Virus record (IMG/VR): IMGVR_UViG_3300037467_001543
Span: 1 to 42,512 of that record
Source: a virus
Taxonomy: Duplodnaviria; Caudoviricetes
Length of the DNA: 42,512 nt
Reading direction: 5' to 3' (one strand)
In this document: positions 1-8,562 of the stretch, piece after piece
Numbering within the stretch: the first letter of the stretch is position 1
Layout of the letters: the number at the start of each line of letters is the position of its first letter
Made by a program: the position numbers and the translations under genes
Notes under the pieces: model-generated
Seen by the model: the letters and a program-made list of their open reading frames with translations, nothing else
Told to the model about the DNA's origin: nothing
Database searches by the model: none

Positions 1-127
1 GCCAGCACCCGCACCAGCTCGGCGATGATTTCGCCCTCGAGCATCACCAGCTGCCGCGCCAGCCCGTAGGGCATCGCCTGGTTGCCTAGTCGCTTCATCA
101 CCGGCTCGAGCACGGCGCGCTCGATCT
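1..127. repeat. Terminal direct repeat, left copy (probable assembly overlap)
   Basis: Identical to 42386-42512; 127 is a common assembler k-mer length. Confidence 0.95.
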
Positions 128-248
128 TCGCCGCCATCTCGGTGTCCACGGTGCTCTGGCGCTGCGCGACGTCACCCACCGGCGGCATCGGCGGCACCTC
201 GTCCGCCCGCGGCGGAAACAACGGGCGCGGCTTGCCGGGATCGCTCAT
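1..248 (-). CDS. Hypothetical protein (~86 aa) spanning the circular junction; continues 42385..42373
   Basis: ATG at 248 overlaps the portal stop (ATGA). It reads MSDPGKPRPLFPP...ELVRVLAQRP to TGA at 42375-42373, which overlaps the GTG of the next gene. Not in the ORF track. Confidence 0.8.
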   Translation of the reverse strand, partial: MSDPGKPRPLFPPRADEVPPMPPVGDVAQRQSTVDTEMAAKIERAVLEPVMKRLGNQAMPYGLARQLVMLEGEIIAELVRVL

Positions 249-2425
249 TGCACTGTCTGCCCTTCTGCACCGGCCGGCTCAGGCGGTGCCATCGCCTGCT
301 CAGCCTCGGCATGCGCGGCCATCACAGGCAGCGCCGGCATCCCCAGCATGCGCGATACCAGCTCACGGACCACCAACTTGACGCTGTCCGGATCAATTTT
401 GCCGACGGTGTCCAGACGCTTCGTTTCGGCGTCGTAGATCTTGTCGGCCAGCTGCTCCTGCAGATGCACGACCTGCGCCTTCAGCGACGACACCTCGGCA
501 TCCGCCTGCTGCGCCAGCTTCTGCCCGTGCGCCGCGACCGTCTGTAGTTGCTGCTGCAACTGCACCACCTGCGGATCCGGCCCATCATCCCTGTATTGCG
601 GCGGCAAGCCTTTTTTCATTCTGTCAGCGAGCTGATCAGCGCCCGGAAAATCGGCGTTCTGCGCCCAGAAATCACCGATCACCTGCCACGCGGCGGGATT
701 GCGCGCCATAATCTGGCTGAACGCGTCGAACGCCTGCTGGCGCTTGGTGGCGTAGCTCGGCCCAACGTCGCTTTCGACCGCGTAACGGCCGACATTCGGG
801 TTCCAAATGGTCCGGATCGCCTGCGCCGGGTCGGCCTGGCCGTCACCGTTCATCGTCGTCGTCGGCGGACGGTTCGGATCCGGCTGCACCTGGTGCGCGT
901 GCTGCGCATTCGGATCGACATGGATCGTCTGCTCGCTGCCGGTTTCGTCCATGATCAGCAGCACACGCTCAGTGTTATACACTTTCGGGATCAGATCGAT
1001 AAGTATTCGCCCAGTAAAACGAATTGCGCTCGCTAAGTGATCAATCACATGATACGTCGCGTTGTCGCCCTGGCGCTGCCTGGCATTGATCGCAACGCCG
1101 GACGTCTCGTTGCTCGGCTGGCCCATCACCGCCTGATACTGGCCAGTGGCCATCATCATCTCGGCCTGCGCCACCTTCAGCCCCTCGATGTAGGCCTGCG
1201 CCATGACCGGCGGCTGCGCCCGCTGCGGCATCGGCAGCGCGGTGCCCGTCTCAGGATCAAACCCCTGATACAGCAGCACCGACGGGTTCGTGGTGTTGGC
1301 TTGCTCCCAGGCCTGCTGATACGGCCCCAGCGCCTCGGCGGTGCCGATGAACGGCGCCTTGCTCTGCAGCGCGACAAACTCGGCGGCGCTGCTGCTATAC
1401 CAATTGTATAGACGCTGTGCATCACGCAGGTGCCGCGTGTGACTGACCCAATCCAGCTTGCCGTCGACGATGATCTCCTCACATGGCACGCGCACGATCG
1501 GCACATACCGCCCAGGCCACGCCTTGCGGTCGATGATCTCGTTGTCGACGATCAGAAACCATTCGATCTCGGGGACGGCAATCTTGCGCGTCCGCCCCAC
1601 CAGGCGGCGCGCCTTCAGCACCGGCAGCACGCCGTCGGGCAGCTCACTGGACCGGATCACGCGCCCGTCCACCAGCTCGAGCAGCTCGTCGTCCCGATCG
1701 CCGCGGCGGTAGTATTCCATCATCGCAACGTGCTTTTCGTCCGTCCGGTGCTCTGGCAGGTCGGCGATCGGCACGTTGGTGTCGGTGTCGTCGTCATAAT
1801 CCGGCCGGTCGTCATCATCACCGCGGCGCGGGTATTTCTCCTTGTAGGTGTTGCGCTCCATCTCCGAAACGATAATGCCCCACGCGGCATCCGACCCGTC
1901 ATACTGCTGGATGTCGGGGTCGAGGTAGACCTTCGTGGGGTCCGGGATGCGCCGGATGAATATATCTTGATCGAAACTCTCCTCGTCGACGTAGTCGGTC
2001 AGCACCCGCCAGTAGCCAATGCCGCCGACGACCTGGTTATACGTCGCAGTCGCATAGGCCAGCTGCGCGTTGCTGATGTATTCGATGTGCCGGCAGACGC
2101 CCTGGTAGATCTGCGCCGCCTCATAGGTCGCACGCTCGCCGGTCGGGCTGATCCGGATCTGCGCCGGGTTTTGTCTCGCGTCGTTAATGACCTGCAGGCA
2201 GTGAATGCGCGCCTTGTTGATCGTCAGGCACGGCCGGTCGACGCGGCTGGTGCGGGTCTTGTCGTCCCACTGGTAGTTGTTGAGGTCGTCACCGTTGGCG
2301 AAACGGACATCCTCGCGGAAATGCTCGTGCGCCTCGTGCTGGTGCTGGCGCGCACGATCCAGCCGCTCGCGGAACTCGTCGATGATCTCTTTGTCGTTGC
2401 GGTCAGCCACTACATGCCCATCCAC
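245..2425 (-). CDS. P22-like portal protein
   Basis: 726 aa directly after terL, with DVRFANG..QW, RPCLTIN, SNETSGVAINARQRQG and GPSYATKRQ motifs and a C-terminal coiled coil. Confidence 0.95.
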   Translation of the reverse strand: MDGHVVADRNDKEIIDEFRERLDRARQHQHEAHEHFREDVRFANGDDLNNYQWDDKTRTSRVDRPCLTINKARIHCLQVINDARQNPAQIRISPTGERATYEAAQIYQGVCRHIEYISNAQLAYATATYNQVVGGIGYWRVLTDYVDEESFDQDIFIRRIPDPTKVYLDPDIQQYDGSDAAWGIIVSEMERNTYKEKYPRRGDDDDRPDYDDDTDTNVPIADLPEHRTDEKHVAMMEYYRRGDRDDELLELVDGRVIRSSELPDGVLPVLKARRLVGRTRKIAVPEIEWFLIVDNEIIDRKAWPGRYVPIVRVPCEEIIVDGKLDWVSHTRHLRDAQRLYNWYSSSAAEFVALQSKAPFIGTAEALGPYQQAWEQANTTNPSVLLYQGFDPETGTALPMPQRAQPPVMAQAYIEGLKVAQAEMMMATGQYQAVMGQPSNETSGVAINARQRQGDNATYHVIDHLASAIRFTGRILIDLIPKVYNTERVLLIMDETGSEQTIHVDPNAQHAHQVQPDPNRPPTTTMNGDGQADPAQAIRTIWNPNVGRYAVESDVGPSYATKRQQAFDAFSQIMARNPAAWQVIGDFWAQNADFPGADQLADRMKKGLPPQYRDDGPDPQVVQLQQQLQTVAAHGQKLAQQADAEVSSLKAQVVHLQEQLADKIYDAETKRLDTVGKIDPDSVKLVVRELVSRMLGMPALPVMAAHAEAEQAMAPPEPAGAEGQTVQ

Positions 2426-3726
2426 GTATTGCCGCGCTCGGCCGGGTGTATCGCCCGCACCGGCATCGCTGCCTTGGCCTTCGGCTCGACCACCTCGCGC
2501 ACGCCCAATGCCAAGTAGCGGAACGCATCCGCGCCATGGCTGGCAAAATCATGCACGGGCGTCGCGCGCCAGGCCTGCGCGCCCTCGTTCCACTCGCGCC
2601 TGTAGTGACGCAGCGCCTTGATCCCTGCCGCGCAGCGCTCGGCGTCGAACCAGCACAGCGGCAGAACCATGCGGACGGCGTTGATGCCGTCAGCGACGCT
2701 GCTGGAGGCCAGCACGCGCGTCGGCGTCAGGCCCAGGCTGTGCAGCGTCTCACGCCGCGACCGCCCGGATCCCAGCTCGCGCACCTCGGCGTCATGCGGC
2801 AGGATGTGCCGCTTGAAACTGGCGAACCGCTTCTCCCGCAGCACGCGCACGTAATGATCGAGCGCCTGACCGCTGTCCTCGATATAGTCGACCAGCCGCC
2901 ACTGCCCGGCCGGCGACAGCTGCAGGCACCAGATGGCGGTGCTGTCGTCGATGCCGAGATCCCACGCTGTATATACAGGCAGCCGCGGATCGTATGGCAC
3001 CTGCGTGATGCGCCCGGCCTTCTCGGCCTGGTCCATCAGCTTGCCGTAGTAGCTGCCGCTATTCGGTGCAGCAAACGAACATTCCAGTTCTTGACTAAAC
3101 TCTTCAGGGCTCATCTCGAGCCGCAGCCGCTCGATCGCCTCGTCGGCCAGCGCCCCAGTGGCGCGATAGTCCAGCAGATAGCTGCTGTATCCCGCCGTGG
3201 TGCGCGCCCGGTCGAATGCCGCCTGCAACACGCCGTTACCCTTCGGCGTGCCAGAGCGCACCAGCGTGCCGCCGCGGTCAGCCAGCATCGGCTCGATTAC
3301 CAGCGGCACCAGCGACGCAGGCGTATCATCGAACTCATCGATGACCACTTCATCAGCGTAACCACCGCGCCAGCTATCCGGATTATCGGCGCCGCCGGCC
3401 TGCCATGTGCCACCGTTCGGCAACCGTATCGCTAGCTCGCTCTTCCAGGCGGACGCACCAGGGATCGCCTCGGCCGCCCGCACCGCCTGGTCCCAGAGCC
3501 CGGTGCGTTTCCACATCACCCCATATGGCAAGATATGTAACGTCCGCGGCGCCGGCTTCGGCTCGAGCAGCGCCCGGCGCAGCCCGCGCCACATCAGCGC
3601 CGTTGACTTGCCGGCACGCCGATGCACCACCGCGACGATGCGCGGCGCCCGGTCATCGATCAGCTGACGCTGCCAGGCCCGCGGCTTGAACGGCAGCCGA
3701 ATGATGGTTTCAGTCGTCGTCATCAT
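2410..3726 (-). CDS. terL: Terminase large subunit
   Basis: Walker A HRRAGKS, Walker B VVIDEFDD, SGTPKG coupling motif, and nuclease motifs AWDLGIDD and SHGADAFRY. Start set at ATG 3726. Confidence 0.95.
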   Translation of the reverse strand: MMTTTETIIRLPFKPRAWQRQLIDDRAPRIVAVVHRRAGKSTALMWRGLRRALLEPKPAPRTLHILPYGVMWKRTGLWDQAVRAAEAIPGASAWKSELAIRLPNGGTWQAGGADNPDSWRGGYADEVVIDEFDDTPASLVPLVIEPMLADRGGTLVRSGTPKGNGVLQAAFDRARTTAGYSSYLLDYRATGALADEAIERLRLEMSPEEFSQELECSFAAPNSGSYYGKLMDQAEKAGRITQVPYDPRLPVYTAWDLGIDDSTAIWCLQLSPAGQWRLVDYIEDSGQALDHYVRVLREKRFASFKRHILPHDAEVRELGSGRSRRETLHSLGLTPTRVLASSSVADGINAVRMVLPLCWFDAERCAAGIKALRHYRREWNEGAQAWRATPVHDFASHGADAFRYLALGVREVVEPKAKAAMPVRAIHPAERGNTWMGM

Positions 3727-3991
3727 CCCAGCGGAAGGCAATCCTCATCGGGTTCGCCGCGTCGCCGGCCACCGTCATCGCCTGGCCAGGCTTACCCCAC
3801 GCGCGATCGAGCAGCGAATTGCTCGCCGCCACGCGCGCCTGTTCGCTCTGCCCGTTATGCATGATCTCAGCTAGCGTCTGCAGTGCTTCGGCCGTGTAGG
3901 CCTGCGCTGCCAGTTTGACGTCGGCGGTGACTTTGTTGAGCGTGCCCTTCTTGCGACCGCCCAGCTTCGGCTGCCCCTTAGGCCGTGCCAA
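3710..3991 (-). CDS. terS: Putative terminase small subunit
   Basis: Immediately upstream of terL; GGRKKGTLNK N-terminus and LLDRAWGKP motif typical of small proteins at this position. Confidence 0.7.
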   Translation of the reverse strand: MARPKGQPKLGGRKKGTLNKVTADVKLAAQAYTAEALQTLAEIMHNGQSEQARVAASNSLLDRAWGKPGQAMTVAGDAANPMRIAFRWDDDDD

Positions 3992-4035
3992 ATCGATACT
4001 ATCCGATACTAAGTGCTACAGCGTTATCCAGGCGA

Positions 4036-4254
4036 CTAATGCAGCAGCGACCGATCGATCCCGACGCGGCCCTGTGCCTCCAACTCGAGCACCAGGCAGT
4101 AATGATGCTTACACAGGCTGACCTCTGTATCGCAGTGCGCGCACACCAGCACCGCAACGACCTCACCATCTCCGCACAGCGGAATGTCGCACCGCCGCTC
4201 GGCCCAGGCCCGCTCCAGCCCGCTCTTCGACGTCCGCGGCAGCCGCTTTGTCAA
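4036..4254 (-). CDS. Small Cys/His-rich (putative zinc-binding) protein
   Basis: TTG at 4254 overlaps the upstream stop (TTGA); CxxxxC...CxxC...CKHHYC. Confidence 0.5.
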   Translation of the reverse strand: MTKRLPRTSKSGLERAWAERRCDIPLCGDGEVVAVLVCAHCDTEVSLCKHHYCLVLELEAQGRVGIDRSLLH

Positions 4255-4490
4255 TCGAGGCTCGCCCGCACGTTGTCGACGATCAGCCGGCCGGCGTCCT
4301 TCGCCAGGCTCAGCCGGTGCTCCGGATCCGCCACCCGGATATACGCCGCGGCCACGCTCAGCAGCGCCGACACAACATCCTCGCACCGCTCCTCGTCCAC
4401 CACAGCCACAGCAATGCGCTCGCACAGCGCCACGCGCCGGGCCTGCTCCAGCTCCTCCTCGAGGACATGCACGGGGACCACGCCGGTCAC
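4251..4490 (-). CDS. Hypothetical protein (79 aa)
   Basis: GTG at 4490 overlaps the stop of the NusG-like gene (GTGA); helical, operon-coupled. Confidence 0.65.
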   Translation of the reverse strand: MTGVVPVHVLEEELEQARRVALCERIAVAVVDEERCEDVVSALLSVAAAYIRVADPEHRLSLAKDAGRLIVDNVRASLD

Positions 4491-5086
4491 GCCTCGACCT
4501 CGTCGGCCGCCATCACCTCGGCCGGGCTGAAATCGGCGATCACCTCGCGCCCCAACAGCTCGAACAGCAGCCGGATCCGCTCGCCCGCGGACATCTTGCA
4601 AACGCCCGCGAGCCCAGCCAGTGGGCCGTCGATGACTGCCACACGCTGCCCGACCACGTAGGGCGGCGGCGCCCACAACGGGTCGTCCACGATCCGCCTG
4701 GGCGACGTGCGGGCCTGCAGATTGCTAATCAGCGCGTCCGGCACCACAGCGGGCTTGCCGTAATCGCTCATCAGCAGCTGCCACACGAACGGCAGCCGCC
4801 GCAGCGACCCCCAGTCGGTGTCGCGGCGCCAACGAACGAACACATAGTTGCTGAACAGCGGAACAATCTTGTCTGGCTGTCGTGCCCGTCGCCGCAGATG
4901 TAACGGGTTGTAGACCGTCCAACCGGCAGCGCTGATGGCGTTTTCGCAGGCGATTTGATGGCCCCAGCAGGTCGCAATGACATGCCACTCAGGCGCGCAT
5001 CCGCTAGGCCGTGCGCGCCTGAGGCTAGACCGGCGCGACGTCCCTTGAGCACCCGTTAGACGTGTAAACCCCGTTACGTCAACCAT
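4487..5086 (-). CDS. NusG/RfaH-family transcription antiterminator
   Basis: NGN domain (WHVIAT...VPLFSNYVFV...PAVVPDALI) and KOW domain (GQRVAVIDGPLAGLAG...RIRLLFELLGRE); ATG 5086 with GGGGA RBS. Confidence 0.88.
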   Translation of the reverse strand: MVDVTGFTRLTGAQGTSRRSSLRRARPSGCAPEWHVIATCWGHQIACENAISAAGWTVYNPLHLRRRARQPDKIVPLFSNYVFVRWRRDTDWGSLRRLPFVWQLLMSDYGKPAVVPDALISNLQARTSPRRIVDDPLWAPPPYVVGQRVAVIDGPLAGLAGVCKMSAGERIRLLFELLGREVIADFSPAEVMAADEVEA

Positions 5087-5126
5087 GGCGTCCCCACTTT
5101 TTTGTGCGTAACGACGAACAACGCGG

Positions 5127-5165
5127 TTGACTGCTGCGCAAAATGCGGAGTAGTGTGTTTTTGCG
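5127..5165 (+). promoter_or_regulatory. Putative sigma70 promoter with overlapping inverted repeat
   Basis: TTGACT(5127)-N18-TAGTGT; CGCAAAA...TTTTGCG inverted repeat brackets the -10; lies upstream of the 5205-6892 operon. Confidence 0.45.
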
Positions 5166-5204
5166 GCGAGGGCATCCCGCCCCGCCAACACGAGGGACCA
5201 CCCG

Positions 5205-5483
5205 ATGAACGACCGAGACCAACAGATCAACGCCGCGCTGACCTATCGGCTCGCGGCGCTCGCCTCCGAGCTGGACCGGTGCAGCCCGGAACTGCGCCGC
5301 CTCATCCTGATGGCCTGCACAGGCGCAAACGCCGAAATCCCAGTGGTCGGCCCGCGCGAGCAGATGATGGCTCGCCAGCGGCTCAACGAGGCCGTCACCA
5401 CCCGCACAAAGGAGGCCAAGGCAGCGCGCCGGGCCGTCACACTCGCGGCCTTCCAGCCTCGCGCCACCCGGCAGGAGGGCTGA
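5205..5483 (+). CDS. Hypothetical protein
   Basis: GAGGGA RBS; first gene of a tightly packed + strand operon. Confidence 0.7.
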   Translation: MNDRDQQINAALTYRLAALASELDRCSPELRRLILMACTGANAEIPVVGPREQMMARQRLNEAVTTRTKEAKAARRAVTLAAFQPRATRQEG

Positions 5484-5486
5484 GCG

Positions 5487-5711
5487 ATGACCTTCCCCAA
5501 CACCCTGAGCGACGCCGAGGCCGCGTGCGTGGCGGCGCTGGCCTGCATGTCGGCAGACGACCCGGCGTTTCGCAATCTTTGTTACGAGGCAGGGCGCGCT
5601 GGCGCCCTCGCCACCTGCCGCACCCTCGGCGACTACGCCCGCGCAATCCTTCGCTACAAACTGGCCGACCTCGAGCGCCTCGAGGCCGAGCGCATCCGGC
5701 TGGAGGGCTAA
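5487..5711 (+). CDS. Hypothetical protein
   Basis: GGAGG RBS, 3-nt gap from the previous gene. Confidence 0.7.
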   Translation: MTFPNTLSDAEAACVAALACMSADDPAFRNLCYEAGRAGALATCRTLGDYARAILRYKLADLERLEAERIRLEG

Positions 5712-5714
5712 CCC

Positions 5715-6263
5715 ATGCGCGTCACCAGGGAATTTGGCTCCTACAACTCCCGCCGCTACGGCCGCCCGTGGATCGCCAAGGTGGTCGCCTGGGAGGTCGG
5801 CAAGCAGCCGGTCCTCTCCTGGGGCAGCAACATCGACGCCCACAACGTCGAGATCGAGGCCGAGGCCGGCGACATCGTCCGCTGGGGCCAGCGCGACAAC
5901 CGCGGCAACAACACCGAGGCCCGCTGGGGCCTCGTCCAGGGCGACGCAACCATCGAGGAGTGCTCGGCCAGCGAAGCCCGTGAGCACTGGCTGGCCCGCA
6001 CCCAGCCGCCGCCGAAGCCCGCGCGCCCGGTCACCGACGACAACATCGCCTACGCGCGCGACACGCTCATCCTGCACCTCGAGGCGATGGCCAAGGAGGT
6101 CGCCGAGGACATCGAGCGCGTCAGAGGCGGCGGCACGCTGATGGGCGGCTACGCCGTCGCTGGCGCCGGCCTCGACGCCGACAACAACCACCTCCTCGAC
6201 CTGCTGGCACGCCGCTTCAACGACGTGTTCGCGGCCAATACCACCCCCGACACCGAGGCCTAA
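5715..6263 (+). CDS. Hypothetical protein
   Basis: GGAGG RBS; SYNSRRYGRPWIAKV motif; GC3-rich codons. Confidence 0.8.
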   Translation: MRVTREFGSYNSRRYGRPWIAKVVAWEVGKQPVLSWGSNIDAHNVEIEAEAGDIVRWGQRDNRGNNTEARWGLVQGDATIEECSASEAREHWLARTQPPPKPARPVTDDNIAYARDTLILHLEAMAKEVAEDIERVRGGGTLMGGYAVAGAGLDADNNHLLDLLARRFNDVFAANTTPDTEA

Positions 6264-6266
6264 CGC

Positions 6267-6476
6267 ATGGTCCCCACAGCCATCCAATCCCCGGCCGGCG
6301 GCTATCTCGCCGCTGTCCGGTTCCACGACGGCCGGATGCACACGCCGGCCTTCACGAGGTTCTCCACCCCCGAGGCCGCCACGGCGTTCGCCGAGGGCTG
6401 GATCCAGACCGCGATCCGCACCCACGCGCAGCTGATGGCCGCCGCCGGCCTCAACCTGCGGCTGGTGGAGCGCTGA
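6267..6476 (+). CDS. Hypothetical protein
   Basis: GAGG RBS, operon packing. Confidence 0.7.
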   Translation: MVPTAIQSPAGGYLAAVRFHDGRMHTPAFTRFSTPEAATAFAEGWIQTAIRTHAQLMAAAGLNLRLVER

Positions 6477-6477
6477 C

Positions 6478-6669
6478 CTGGACCACAAGCCCGCCCTCGA
6501 CGCCCTGCGTGCGGCCATCCGTGCGCAGGGCGTCATCGTCGAGGCCCTGGACCTGCTGGCCCGGGGCACGATGACCGACAGCACCGGCCGGCTCGCCGCG
6601 CTGTCGCTCAACGCCGACATCGCCCGCATGCGCGAATTTGTTGAAATCCCGCGCGACTTGTATGGATGA
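6478..6669 (+). CDS. Hypothetical protein with probable CTG start (63 aa)
   Basis: Open frame LDHKPALDALRAAIRAQG...RDLYG fills the operon gap; GGAG lies 7 nt upstream of CTG. Not in the ORF track. Confidence 0.55.
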   Translation: MDHKPALDALRAAIRAQGVIVEALDLLARGTMTDSTGRLAALSLNADIARMREFVEIPRDLYG

Positions 6670-6673
6670 CGGA

Positions 6674-6892
6674 ATGACCCCGCAGCATTTCCACACCGTG
6701 TTGGACACCATCTGCTGGTCACAGCGGGCGCTCGCCCGGCACCTAGCCTGCAGCGACCGCCTAGTGCGGCGCTGGGCGGCTGGAAGCGATCCGGTGCCCC
6801 CAGAGATAGCCCAGTGGCTGGAGCGCTTATACGAGGCCCACAAAGCGCTCCCCGTGCCCGTCTGGCGGCAGCGGCACCCGCGCCAGTCATAG
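6674..6892 (+). CDS. Small HTH DNA-binding protein (operon-terminal)
   Basis: MTPQHF..LDTICWSQRALARHLACSDRLVRRWAAG..PVP is an XRE-type HTH pattern. Confidence 0.8.
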   Translation: MTPQHFHTVLDTICWSQRALARHLACSDRLVRRWAAGSDPVPPEIAQWLERLYEAHKALPVPVWRQRHPRQS

Positions 6893-7867
6893 CATCAGCG
6901 ACGACGCCGCCTCCAGCTCACGCCGCCTCGAGGGTGGCGGCATGTGAACCCGTCGCGCTGACGCCGGCCGCTCCGCGAAGCGATAGGGGTGCGGTCCATC
7001 GCTCGCCAGATACGCCGTCTCCATCAGCGCCAGCCAGCCGCGCATCTCCTCCAGCGTCTCCTCCGGGTGCCGCATGAGCGGCTCGATCTGCGCCCGCCCC
7101 GGCGCCAGCCCGTAGAACATCAGCGTCGCCCAGTGGATCTTGCGCTCGCGCGTGCCACCGATCCCCTTTCCCGCGATCCGCTTCCACAACGACCCAGTCG
7201 CCCGGCTCATGAGGTCCAGCTCGCCCTGGATCATCGCACCCCACTGCTCGAGCACGTATTGCCCCGCCTCAGGCTGCTGGCAGATTGCCCAGCGCAGGCC
7301 GGCGCCGACCCGCAGCGCGCAGCCGTCGTAGTGCCGCACCCGGCGCCAGCCGGCCGCCTCGCCCAGCGCCTCATGCGCCGGCCGCCACCACGTGGCCATA
7401 TCGCTTTCAACGCCGGTCGGCAGGCGGTTCCACACTAGCTGCCCGGTCAATGCCCCGATCAGGTTCACATCCGACAGCAGCGCCGGATCGAGCCGCGAGC
7501 GGTCCGCCTGCGTCCGCCCCTTGCCGCTGTCGGTGATCGCGAACACCTCCGGGCCGAGCCCGGTGATGACGTTGGCAATGATCGGCACCCCCGACGCGAC
7601 GCACGCCATCAGCCTGTTCTGGCCGTTCAGCAACTTGCCGTCCTTGAAAAACGCCACCGAGTCCGGCGACGGGTGCCAGCCCTGGCGCTTCATCTCGTTG
7701 GCGTAATAACCGATCCGCGACGCCGTCGGGTTACGGTTCACGGTGTTCCGCTCGCGCAGCACGCGTTCCGCCTCGGCCGGCTGGATGCGACAGAACCCCG
7801 ATCGCAGCCGTTCCGGCGTTTTCAGCATTTCCGCCAGCGTCGTCAGGTCCGCTTCGTCAACGTCCAT
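6887..7867 (-). CDS. ParB/Srx-like N-terminal domain protein
   Basis: NRNP...YANEMKRQGW...VAFFKDGKLLNGQNRLMA...DSGKGRT (canonical motif DGQHRL); ATG 7867 with GGAGG RBS. Confidence 0.7.
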   Translation of the reverse strand: MDVDEADLTTLAEMLKTPERLRSGFCRIQPAEAERVLRERNTVNRNPTASRIGYYANEMKRQGWHPSPDSVAFFKDGKLLNGQNRLMACVASGVPIIANVITGLGPEVFAITDSGKGRTQADRSRLDPALLSDVNLIGALTGQLVWNRLPTGVESDMATWWRPAHEALGEAAGWRRVRHYDGCALRVGAGLRWAICQQPEAGQYVLEQWGAMIQGELDLMSRATGSLWKRIAGKGIGGTRERKIHWATLMFYGLAPGRAQIEPLMRHPEETLEEMRGWLALMETAYLASDGPHPYRFAERPASARRVHMPPPSRRRELEAASSLML

Positions 7868-7896
7868 GTTTGCCCCTCCTGCAGTTGAGCCTCCGA

Positions 7897-8085
7897 TCAC
7901 AGCACCACCTCCGGACGGCCCAGCCGCCGCAGCGTCACCAGCACCGCCTCCAGCGCCGCCAGCCGGTGCGTTGCCACCCCGGCGCACAGCAGCCCCTCCT
8001 GCACCAGCCCGGGGTAAGCCTTCTTCCGGGCGCCGATCTCCCGCCGCACCTCGGCGATCTGCACCTCGAGCGGCACGTCGGTCAT
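7897..8085 (-). CDS. Conserved phage hypothetical protein
   Basis: QIAEVRREIGARKKAYP pattern; ATGA-coupled. Confidence 0.7.
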   Translation of the reverse strand: MTDVPLEVQIAEVRREIGARKKAYPGLVQEGLLCAGVATHRLAALEAVLVTLRRLGRPEVVL

Positions 8086-8375
8086 TCGACCCGCCCGCCG
8101 CCCGGCACGGCAAACAGCGACACGTCGGCCCAGTGCTCCAGCGCTCGCTCGATCTGCGCCGCGACGGTGTCGAACACCTCCACCTCACACACCCGGACCA
8201 GCGCATCCGCCGCCACCTCGCGCAGCAGCCCGGCCAGCCGCTCGTCGGACGCGGTGACGCAGTCGATGTGCGCCTCGCCGGCCCCGCCGTGGATGAGGCC
8301 CCAGGCGTAGCTCGGCTGGCCCTGCTCCGAGATGTCGATCACCGGCCCGATCAGCACCAGCCCGTCGAGCGTCAT
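8082..8375 (-). CDS. Hypothetical protein
   Basis: Operon-coupled ORF with plausible composition. Confidence 0.6.
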   Translation of the reverse strand: MTLDGLVLIGPVIDISEQGQPSYAWGLIHGGAGEAHIDCVTASDERLAGLLREVAADALVRVCEVEVFDTVAAQIERALEHWADVSLFAVPGGGRVE

Positions 8376-8388
8376 GCCGACGCTTCCA

Positions 8389-8554
8389 TTTTGCCGAAAT
8401 TTGCCGACGGTTCTGCCGACGGTTCACGCGCCTGCGGGGGTGGTCCTTCGACGGTTATAAACCCCCTAAAGGGGGTTTTAACCGTCGGCACCCCCTCCGG
8501 CGGGCTCGCCGCCGACGCTTTGCCGATGGTTTGCCGACGGTTTGCCGATGGTTT
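8389..8554. repeat. Putative replication origin: 11-bp iteron-like repeats and an AT-cored palindrome
   Basis: TTTGCCGA(C/T)GG occurs three times in tandem at 8519-8551, with further copies near 8400-8424. An imperfect palindrome CGACGGTTA-TAAACCCCCT-AA-AGGGGGTTT-TAACCGTCG lies at 8449-8487. All directly downstream of the helicase gene. Confidence 0.7.
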
Positions 8555-8562
8555 GACACGCA

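Noticed and set aside
1-127. Terminal repeat as a biological DTR or att site
   Set aside because: It is exactly 127 bp and falls in the middle of a gene, which is typical of assembler circular overlap.
5079-6890. 603-aa minus-strand ORF and other long antisense ORFs (e.g. 1430-2518, 27479-29191, 37045-38322, 19520-20866)
   Set aside because: These are shadow frames of real genes in high-GC DNA, with no motifs or RBSs.
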